Source: Minisyncoccota bacterium
GTDB taxonomy: Bacteria > Patescibacteriota > Minisyncoccia > Phycocordibacterales > UBA918
Direction: 5' to 3'
Assembly (NCBI GenBank): GCA_036275695.1
Contig: DASUDI010000033.1
Coordinates: forward strand, 1 to 52,628
DNA: 52,628 nt
A program made the position numbers and the translations under genes. Positions 1 through 7,169 of the stretch are shown piece by piece. A model generated the notes under the pieces. The model saw only the letters and a list, made by a program, of their open reading frames with translations, had not been told where the DNA came from and ran no database searches. Each line of letters opens with the position of its first letter. Position 1 is the stretch's first letter.

Positions 1-632
1 GGTTTTGGCTTCGTGAAGACAAAGCACATCCTGAGCCAAAGCCACTCCTTATCTCTGCATTCATTGCCGGAATGCTCGTTGTTGCAGCGGTGCTACCTCT
101 CCAACAGTATGCAATGAGTCGATTTAGTGGTAACGAACTGATCTTTGTCTGGGTCATTATTGAAGAAATCCTTAAATATACTGCAGCGCTCATCGTGGTG
201 TTCTGGCATAAGGCTGTTGATGAACCAATCGACACCATCATCTACATGATTACCATTGCTCTTGGATTTTCCGCACTCGAAAACACACTCTTTATTTATA
301 ATCCCCTCAGTCAGGGAGATACGCTCAATTCTGTCCTTACGGGAAATTTCCGCTTTTTGGGGGCAACACTGCTCCATGTACTCGCTTCAGGGACCGTTGG
401 GGTATTCATGGCACTTGCCTATTATAAGCGGGATATCGTGCGTATTCTCTCTGCAACCCTTGGCTTATGCATTGCTATCCTATTGCACGCACTATTCAAC
501 TTTTTTATAATGGACGCAAGCGGTAATACCGTCCTCGGGGTCTTTATTTTCGTGTGGATGGGGATTATTGTCCTCTTCCTCATTTTTGAGAAAGTTAAAA
601 TTATTGAAAGAATTCATCGCACCGTTCTATGA
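1..632 (+). CDS. PrsW-family intramembrane protease-like membrane protein (5' end cut by window edge)
   Basis: Frame 3 is open from nt 3 (FWLREDKAHPEPKPLLISAFIAGML...) into the listed ORF 72..632. It is a multi-TM protein with EEILK, GFSALEN and LLHALFN motifs, as in PrsW (EExxK / HxxxN). Its TGA stop overlaps the next ATG (ATGA at 629-632). Confidence 0.7.
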   Translation, partial: FWLREDKAHPEPKPLLISAFIAGMLVVAAVLPLQQYAMSRFSGNELIFVWVIIEEILKYTAALIVVFWHKAVDEPIDTIIYMITIALGFSALENTLFIYNPLSQGDTLNSVLTGNFRFLGATLLHVLASGTVGVFMALAYYKRDIVRILSATLGLCIAILLHALFNFFIMDASGNTVLGVFIFVWMGIIVLFLIFEKVKIIERIHRTVL

Positions 633-1144
633 TAAAAAAACCTTCATTCCTTGAGCGCCTCACCGGAGGCACGAAGCTCAAAGCACAAGACGATGAATTT
701 GAGGATGAAACAGAAGTGAAGGTTGGCATGATGGATGCTGATATGAGTGAACCGAGTGCCGGCAACTCATGGGGTGATGAGTCTGAGAGTGACGCGCAAG
801 AAGGCGAACTTCCTGTCGACATGTATCAAACACGTGACTCGATTGTCATTCGTGCACTTGTTGCAGGAGTAAATCCCGAAGACCTCGATATTGCGATTAC
901 CCGTGACATGGTCACACTCAAAGGAACACGTGAAGAAAACCAAGAGGCACCTGACGAGGACTATTACCACCGCGAACTTTTCTGGGGCTCATTCTCTCGC
1001 ACCATTCTTCTCCCTGAGGAAATTGTTATTGATGAAGCAGAAGCGAAGGAGAAGCATGGTCTCCTCGAGATTATCCTCCCTAAACTCGACAAAGAACGAA
1101 GTGCTCGCCTCACGGTAAAGAGCCATCACATCAACGTTAAATAG
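629..1144 (+). CDS. Hsp20/alpha-crystallin small heat-shock protein with acidic N-terminal extension
   Basis: 171 aa. Alpha-crystallin core: VDMYQTRDSIVIRALVAGVNPEDLDIAITRDMVTLKGTREE...GSFSRTILLPEEI...KHGLLEIILPK. The N-terminal ~60 aa are rich in D/E. Confidence 0.9.
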   Translation: MIKKPSFLERLTGGTKLKAQDDEFEDETEVKVGMMDADMSEPSAGNSWGDESESDAQEGELPVDMYQTRDSIVIRALVAGVNPEDLDIAITRDMVTLKGTREENQEAPDEDYYHRELFWGSFSRTILLPEEIVIDEAEAKEKHGLLEIILPKLDKERSARLTVKSHHINVK

Positions 1145-1161
1145 TTGATAGTCTATAGACG

Positions 1162-1192
1162 CGAAACCCCGCCTTTGGCGGGGTTTCGTTTA
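1162..1192 (+). terminator. Rho-independent terminator after hsp20
   Basis: 12-bp stem cgaaaccccgcc / ggcggggtttcg with loop tttg, followed by ttt. Confidence 0.7.
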
Positions 1193-1520
1193 TGCAGTCT
1201 CAAGATGAATTGGCTGGTGGTCTGAAACGATATCAGGGAGAACTTCAAAGTGTTTTACATTGACCTCAGGACCGGCAAAGAGGTAGTCTGAGTACATCTG
1301 TTTATCATCGGGGAACCTTTCTCATGTATTGAGTGAGAGTATGTTCATGCAGGACGATTATAGCATTTTCAGTTAAAACCGTTTGAGCCCGCCCTCGGCA
1401 CAAAATCGCTGAGGGGCGGGCTCGGCGCAGGTCACTAAGCAAAATTGTTCACTATGTTCCAATTTTGCTAAGTGCCTCCTGCCCTGCCTCGGCTTCGCCT
1501 CCGGCTTTCGAGCCCTTGCG

Positions 1521-1567
1521 CACCGATACCAAAACACACCCGCGAAGGGTGTGTTTTGGTATCGGTG
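1521..1567 (-). terminator. 21-bp perfect hairpin abutting the 3' end of tRNA-Phe (terminator or processing structure)
   Basis: caccgataccaaaacacaccc (1521-1541) pairs perfectly with gggtgtgttttggtatcggtg (1547-1567), with loop gcgaa. No clear U-tract follows on either strand. Confidence 0.45.
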
Positions 1568-1638
1568 CTGAGGGGCGGGCTCGAACCGCCGACCCTTTGT
1601 TCTTCAGACAAATGCTCTACCAACTGAGCTACCTCAGC
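1566..1638 (-). tRNA. tRNA-Phe (anticodon GAA)
   Basis: The reverse complement folds as a cloverleaf. Acceptor GCTGAGG/CCTCAGC; D arm GCTC-AGTTGGTA-GAGC; anticodon stem TTTGT/ACAAA with loop CTGAAGA; T arm GGCGG-TTCGAGC-CCGCC; discriminator A. CCA is not fully encoded. Confidence 0.95.
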
Positions 1639-1713
1639 ATGTGCGCATATTGCGCACACAGATAGTATCATATTTTGCGTATACGTACAGCCCGCCAGGA
1701 TGTTATAGTGGAT

Positions 1714-2016
1714 TTATTCTGATACGTAACCAGGGAATATGTGCGTAAACCCCTTTAAACCAGGTATTTCGCCAAAACCTTCACGGAAAACTTCATAATT
1801 TGCTCCCAGTACTTCAAAATAGGGTTCAAGAATATAAAAATAAATTGCAAATGGGAGACCTATAATTATAGCAATCCACACACCCTTAAAAATCATGCCC
1901 CATATAGTCTGGCGGTATATTTTTTTTAGCAACTCATTATTTTCTCGAACCAATACCGCATTCTCACGGATAAGTTTCAGCATTTCATCATGGTCACTTT
2001 TCTCCTTTTCGCTCAT
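1714..2016 (-). CDS. small hypothetical membrane protein
   Basis: 100 aa. Charged helical N-terminus, then one or two hydrophobic helices (IWGMIFKGVWIAIIIGLPFAIYFYIL). No family recognised. Confidence 0.55.
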   Translation of the reverse strand: MSEKEKSDHDEMLKLIRENAVLVRENNELLKKIYRQTIWGMIFKGVWIAIIIGLPFAIYFYILEPYFEVLGANYEVFREGFGEIPGLKGFTHIFPGYVSE

Positions 2017-2095
2017 AGTTTCATTATATCAAGTATGCGCCCTGTATGGCACCCAGACCTTAATAACTGAATAAAGTATGCTACTATACGCTCGC

Positions 2096-2167
2096 GCCTT
2101 CATAGTTCAATGGATAGAACGATTCCGTCCTAAGGAAGAGATCCTGGTTCGATTCCGGGTGAGGGCA
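2096..2167 (+). tRNA. tRNA-Arg (anticodon CCT)
   Basis: Acceptor GCCTTCA/TGAGGGC; D arm GTTC-AATGGATA-GAAC; anticodon loop GTCCTAA; T arm CCTGG-TTCGATT-CCGGG. It resembles E. coli argW. One 27-43 mismatch. Confidence 0.88.
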
Positions 2168-2172
2168 CAGCA

Positions 2173-2203
2173 AAACCCCCATAGAAAAATTCTATGGGGG
2201 TTT
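2173..2203. terminator. bidirectional terminator hairpin between tRNA-Arg (+) and ORF 2209..2577 (-)
   Basis: 14-bp stem aaacccccatagaa / ttctatgggggttt with an A/T run on both sides. Confidence 0.7.
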
Positions 2204-2208
2204 ACCAT

Positions 2209-2577
2209 TTAAATAACTGAAATTTCCTCACCTTCGTATGCCCGGAAATACGGGATTCTTTGGTACGTAGGGACGTATTCAAGACACCCTGCGAGAAACC
2301 AACCCGCAACACAGACCATTTGCTCCTCCCCTTCTTCCCCAAAACAGGGTGCTGTAAAAATCTTGCGAAGGACAGCAATATTTTGAGATACATCTTCCCC
2401 ATTCTTCCAAACCCACTGATCGTAGCGCCCACCCGCGTAGAAAAGAATCCTCGCGAAGGATGACCACGGATTATCAATCTCAAAGAAACATTCTGGGCAC
2501 ATTGAAACCAATTCAATGCTGTTGTGTTTACCGAAAGTCAAAGGATGCTCATTGCGACGAAATTGGTCTAAAAGCAT
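2209..2577 (-). CDS. hypothetical cytoplasmic protein
   Basis: 122-aa ORF bounded by the terminator at its 3' end. Contains a CPEC motif. No family recognised. The overlapping ORFs 2202..2516, 2260..2463 and 2279..2467 are judged spurious. Confidence 0.55.
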   Translation of the reverse strand: MLLDQFRRNEHPLTFGKHNSIELVSMCPECFFEIDNPWSSFARILFYAGGRYDQWVWKNGEDVSQNIAVLRKIFTAPCFGEEGEEQMVCVAGWFLAGCLEYVPTYQRIPYFRAYEGEEISVI

Positions 2578-2776
2578 TTGACACCTCCACGATGAAAAAT
2601 ACCAAGATCAACCATCATCCTTTTTAATTATACCATAAAATTGATTATTATAGTACACTCTACTTTCCCTAAATTTGTATGCTTACCGTGCATAAACCCA
2701 TAAACAATTCTAGGCAAATGGAAAAATAAACCGTACTTGAAAAAGTAATTTAGCTAAAATTCAATACGTCGTCACC

Positions 2777-3010
2777 CTAAGCAAGTAATTCTCGAATTTT
2801 GATTTCATCAAAACCAACCACAACATCGTCGTCAATACGAATAACTGGCACACCCATCTGCCCCGTAAGATCAATCATTTCTTTCCGCTTCTCAATATCA
2901 CTTGCTACGTCATAATTTGTATACGAAATACTGTGTGTATCAAAATATTCTTTTGCGAGATGACAGAAATGACAAGTTGGTGTGCTATATATAGTAACGG
3001 TTTTTTGCAT
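2777..3010 (-). CDS. glutaredoxin-like (NrdH/YruB-type) thiol-disulfide protein
   Basis: 77 aa. TIYSTPTCHFCHLAKEYF carries a CxxC motif, and GVPVIRIDDDVVVGFD is a typical glutaredoxin-fold C-terminus. Confidence 0.85.
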   Translation of the reverse strand: MQKTVTIYSTPTCHFCHLAKEYFDTHSISYTNYDVASDIEKRKEMIDLTGQMGVPVIRIDDDVVVGFDEIKIRELLA

Positions 3011-3061
3011 ATATAAATTATGTTATCAATAATGGACGCATCCAGTATATCAAAAATACAT

Positions 3062-3463
3062 TTAATTGAAACCCAGCCAACTCCAGAAACCACTTTGTTT
3101 CGTCACCGTAGTTGCGTGCGTGGTTGTCGGACTGTTTGTTGCTTGTGTTCGATTGTCACGTTCGTCTATCAGAATGACTACCTGCTCACCCTCCTTGGCA
3201 ACATCAAACCTACTACGCAGTTCCTCTTCGACACCGCGCTCATCACTGAGGTGGTTTACTTTTGCTTGTAATGCCTCCGCGCGCATTTCAAGCTCAACAA
3301 GTTCCGCTTTACGTACATCAAGTCTTTCACGCATGTCGCGCGAAGCAACAAACCGATGATACACTGAAACCGTAAGTAGTATTGAGACAAAAAATAGAAA
3401 AAAAATGAATGGTTTTCCAAACAATATACGTCGCAACTTCCGCTTTTCATGAAAATCAAACAT
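3062..3463 (-). CDS. septum formation initiator (FtsB/DivIC-like) protein
   Basis: 133 aa. Single N-terminal TM followed by a coiled coil (RERLDVRKAELVELEMRAEALQAKVNHLSDERGVEEELR) and the DivIC-type motif VAKEGEQVV. Confidence 0.7.
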   Translation of the reverse strand: MFDFHEKRKLRRILFGKPFIFFLFFVSILLTVSVYHRFVASRDMRERLDVRKAELVELEMRAEALQAKVNHLSDERGVEEELRSRFDVAKEGEQVVILIDERDNRTQATNSPTTTHATTVTKQSGFWSWLGFN

Positions 3464-3482
3464 GTGCTACTATTGTACCATC

Positions 3483-3593
3483 ATGAGTATATTATTTCAC
3501 AAGAAGACCAAGAAAGTAATTCAATGGATTTGGACCGTTATTGCGATTCTTATTATTTTGAGCATGATTCTCGCGTTCTCTGCAGGTCAATAG
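3483..3593 (+). CDS. possible 36-aa single-TM micro-protein
   Basis: ATG...TAG ORF not in the track (under 60 aa): MSILFHKKTKKVIQWIWTVIAILIILSMILAFSAGQ. It lies in an otherwise empty intergenic gap and has a basic N-terminus plus one clean TM helix. Confidence 0.3.
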   Translation: MSILFHKKTKKVIQWIWTVIAILIILSMILAFSAGQ

Positions 3594-3649
3594 TTTGAAA
3601 CTTTTTAGGTGGCTTTAGTACTGTGGCCACTATTATATTTACAATTACG

Positions 3650-5440
3650 TTACTCAGACTTCACCATCTTCATAAATACATCCTGGGGAATGTGCACATT
3701 ACCTTTTCCGCGCTCAAGCATTTTCTTTTTACCCTGCTTCTGCTTTTCGCGTAATTTCATCTTCCGCGTAATGTCACCACCATAGAGATGTGCGGTCACG
3801 TCCTTTTTAAGCGCGGAGAGCGTGCGTGAGGCAATAACCCTCCCCAAAGCACGAGCTTGAATCTTCGTAACAAACATTTGCCGAGGTAATGTATTGTATA
3901 ATTTTTCCACCACCGCTTTTGCTTCAATTTCAGCGCGCATGATACCTATCACGCGAGAAAACGCGGGGACAATCTCCTCCGCGACAAGCACATCGAGCCG
4001 ACACACCTGCGCGGAGCGCATCTCTGCTATTTCATATGAAAGTGACGCATAGCCACTCGTCACGTTTTTTAATTTATCAAAAAAATTACGCATCAGCTCT
4101 CGGAGTGGCATTTCGATACTGAGCATATTGCGTCCATCCTTAAAAACCTCTGTATCAATAACTCCACCCTCGTGTTCATAAAGTAACGTCATCACATTTC
4201 CCATGTACTCAGGTGGCAAAATAATATGTGCGAGCACCCAGGGTTCTCGGATATCAACCTTCGTGCCGTAATCAGGGAAACGCGATGCCGCATATACTTC
4301 TTCCACGCGCCCATCCGCATGGGTAATTTCATACACGATAGAAGGTGCGGTAATCACAATCTCAATACTGAACTCACGTTTTAATCGTTCGGTTATTATT
4401 TCAAGATGCAACATTCCCAAAAAGCCACATCGGAAACCGCGACCGAGCACACCCGACGATTCTTCTTCATATGAAAGTGACGAGTCAGAGAGTCGCAGCC
4501 TATCGAGTGCTTGTTTGAGCATGGTAAAATCATCTTGACTTTGCGGAAATACCGATGCCCACACCACAGGTGGCGCTGCGGTATAACCCACGAGAGGAAG
4601 ACTTTGACTTTTATCGAGCGCAAGGGTGTCACCCACTGAGGCGATGCCTGGCTCTTTGATTCCTGTGACGATATACCCTATTTCTCCTTCACGGAGTTCA
4701 CTGACAGGATGCTCCTCGGGTGACAATATACCCACTTCAAGTACGGTAAACGCGCGGCGCGCGGCAATGAAGCGTATGGTATCCCCTTTTCGCACAACAC
4801 CATCAAAAACGCGCATATACACGATAATGCCTCGATGATTTGAATACTGAAAATCAAAAATAAGTCCCCGATAACTTGACTGACGTGCGGGCGCAGGCGC
4901 GGGAATACGTTCACAGATAACATCAAGCAGCAGCGCGACACCCTCGCCTGTCTTTCCTGAAACATACATAATATCCTCTAGCGCACATCCGAGAAGTTGC
5001 ACCACTTCAGCACCAACCTCCTCTTTTCGAGCATGTGGGACATCTATTTTTGTAAGCACTGGTATAATAGTCAGCCCCTCATCTTTTGCCATTTGCAGTA
5101 CCGAGAGTGTCTGCGCTTGTATACCCTGCGTACTATCGACGAGCAAAAGCACCCCCTCAACAGCCTTTAATGCGCGGGAAACTTCATAGGAAAAATCTAT
5201 ATGTCCTGGTGTGTCGATAAGGTTGATTTCATACGGCACACCATGATGCAGGTGGGACATACGTACAGGCTGCATCTTGATGGTGATTCCTCGCTCACGC
5301 TCAAGATCCATTGAATCAAGTATCTGATCCTTCATCTTGCGCGCCTCAACGGTACCCGTAATTTCAAGCATTCGGTCTGCCAACGTTGATTTACCGTGGT
5401 CGATATGCGCGATAATAGAAAAGTTACGTATATGCTTCAT
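3650..5440 (-). CDS. lepA: translation elongation factor 4 (LepA)
   Basis: MKHIRNFSIIAHIDHGKSTLADR..., DTPGHIDF, and the full-length LepA C-terminal domain. The track ORF starts 4 codons earlier at a GTG (5452). The ATG at 5440 matches the canonical LepA N-terminus. Confidence 0.95.
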   Translation of the reverse strand: MKHIRNFSIIAHIDHGKSTLADRMLEITGTVEARKMKDQILDSMDLERERGITIKMQPVRMSHLHHGVPYEINLIDTPGHIDFSYEVSRALKAVEGVLLLVDSTQGIQAQTLSVLQMAKDEGLTIIPVLTKIDVPHARKEEVGAEVVQLLGCALEDIMYVSGKTGEGVALLLDVICERIPAPAPARQSSYRGLIFDFQYSNHRGIIVYMRVFDGVVRKGDTIRFIAARRAFTVLEVGILSPEEHPVSELREGEIGYIVTGIKEPGIASVGDTLALDKSQSLPLVGYTAAPPVVWASVFPQSQDDFTMLKQALDRLRLSDSSLSYEEESSGVLGRGFRCGFLGMLHLEIITERLKREFSIEIVITAPSIVYEITHADGRVEEVYAASRFPDYGTKVDIREPWVLAHIILPPEYMGNVMTLLYEHEGGVIDTEVFKDGRNMLSIEMPLRELMRNFFDKLKNVTSGYASLSYEIAEMRSAQVCRLDVLVAEEIVPAFSRVIGIMRAEIEAKAVVEKLYNTLPRQMFVTKIQARALGRVIASRTLSALKKDVTAHLYGGDITRKMKLREKQKQGKKKMLERGKGNVHIPQDVFMKMVKSE

Positions 5441-5480
5441 ACTATATGGCACACTCTACCACAAAGTACAGAAATTCACA

Positions 5481-7169
5481 TTACACCGAAAGCATATCCT
5501 CGTCCTGGGGTGCTATCACCTCACCACTCTTAACAAGACGCTTCTTAAACATGCGCAACACTTCAAAAAACTCTCTGTTTTTGAAAAGATACTGCACCGC
5601 CGCAAAACCAATGATACCTACAACACCCGCGAGTAACCCCTGAAAAAATACGGAGAAAAAGGTGTCTGTCTTGAATACATGGACGAAATAATTAAGTGCA
5701 CTATACGCAAGATATCCCGCAAAAAGAGACGCGCCTGCTGTTTGTATGAGCGGTTTTACAAATACCGTAAGCGAAATATGTATCTGTTTACGTGCAAGTA
5801 TCAAAATACATATACTGTGGGCAAAAAGTCCCACCGAGTACCCAATGGGAAGCGCGAGCACCTCAATACCCGCCACTCCTTCAAGACGCATAAGTCTTTC
5901 AAAAAAAAGACGACATGAATCAGATACAAGTAGCACAAGATACATACCGTACGCGACACTCATAGTAATACTTGATGAAAAAATCGTAACAAAAAATGGT
6001 AGCCGTGTATTCCCCACCGCGTAGAGCGCGCGCACAATGAGCAAGTGTATTGCCTGTGACGCGAGTGAAAGGATAAAGAGCGCGAGTATTGCGGCAGTGA
6101 GACGTGTGTCATTCCAATCAAATGCTCCCGTACCGAGTACTGAACGCACAAACTGCGCGCGAACCACGACAAACAACACAATCACAGGGAGTGACCAGAA
6201 AATAATGTGACGGAGGGTGCTGGTAATATAATTTCCAAAAACATCCATCCGCTTTTCTGCAAACAATTTTGCGAGGTGTGGAAATGCTGCGACTGAATAA
6301 CTCACACCAATAATAGCGAGTGGCACTGACTGTAAGTTATACGCAAACTGAAAAACCGCAACCGATCCAGATACCATACTGCTCGCAAACGCAACGAGTC
6401 CCAATAACACAATCTGATGAAGCGAAAGTGTGAGCGCCCGGAAAAATGACGTACGGAGCACTTCAAAAATATTTGACGTATCACGCAATCGCACCAATCT
6501 CGGCATAAGTGAAGTCTTCGCCACAAAAGGTATCTGAATGATAAGGTGCGCGCTCGCTCCCAAAACCACGCCCCACGCAATTCCCGCAACACCCACTATC
6601 GGATACAGCGCCACCAATCCCACAATAATACCCACATTATAGAGGAGTGGACCAATAGCGTACACAATAAAGCGATACCGCATCTGAGTTACCACCCCAA
6701 AGAGACTTGAAATACCAAGCAAAAATGGTTGCACAAGGAGAATGCGCATGAGCAAAATAAATGTATCATGTTCACCTGAGAATCCAGAAAAAAATGTTTC
6801 AACAATCACAGGCGCGCAGAAAAATATGAGTAGTGCCAGTGCTATATACACGTAAACAAACAGTGTAAAAATTTGTGACAAAAACTCACGTGCTGAAGCA
6901 TCACCATTTTTTTCTAATTTATTTGTGACAAAGGGTACAAGCACATATACTGAAAGCGCTGACGCGAATACGACATACAGGAGATCGGGGATACGAAACG
7001 CGGCGTAATACAAATCTAGTTCTACTCCCGCACCAAACTGATGCGCAAGTAATCTATCGCGTACAAGCGCGAGTAACTGTGAGCCAAACGTAAATAACGC
7101 AAGAATATACGCAGCCTGATGAAGGTTGCGTACTTCTTTGTACATAGCGTGAAACATTTTTTGTACCAT
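5481..7169 (-). CDS. murJ: lipid II flippase MurJ (MviN family)
   Basis: 562-aa polytopic protein. N-terminus ...LALFTFGSQLLALVRDRLLAHQFGAGVELDLYYAAFRIPDLLY is typical of MurJ. Confidence 0.88.
   Translation of the reverse strand: MVQKMFHAMYKEVRNLHQAAYILALFTFGSQLLALVRDRLLAHQFGAGVELDLYYAAFRIPDLLYVVFASALSVYVLVPFVTNKLEKNGDASAREFLSQIFTLFVYVYIALALLIFFCAPVIVETFFSGFSGEHDTFILLMRILLVQPFLLGISSLFGVVTQMRYRFIVYAIGPLLYNVGIIVGLVALYPIVGVAGIAWGVVLGASAHLIIQIPFVAKTSLMPRLVRLRDTSNIFEVLRTSFFRALTLSLHQIVLLGLVAFASSMVSGSVAVFQFAYNLQSVPLAIIGVSYSVAAFPHLAKLFAEKRMDVFGNYITSTLRHIIFWSLPVIVLFVVVRAQFVRSVLGTGAFDWNDTRLTAAILALFILSLASQAIHLLIVRALYAVGNTRLPFFVTIFSSSITMSVAYGMYLVLLVSDSCRLFFERLMRLEGVAGIEVLALPIGYSVGLFAHSICILILARKQIHISLTVFVKPLIQTAGASLFAGYLAYSALNYFVHVFKTDTFFSVFFQGLLAGVVGIIGFAAVQYLFKNREFFEVLRMFKKRLVKSGEVIAPQDEDMLSV

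Noticed and set aside
1190-1297. 35-aa minus-strand ORF MYSDYLFAGPEVNVKHFEVLPDIVSDHQPIHLETA, ending at the hsp20 terminator
   Set aside because: The sequence looks protein-like, but it is short, has no visible RBS and matches no family I recognise. It may be a gene remnant. There is not enough support to call it.
1465-1671. ORFs 1465..1665 (+) and 1468..1671 (-)
   Set aside because: Both run through tRNA-Phe and its 21-bp trailer hairpin, so they are artefacts of the structured GC-rich RNA region.
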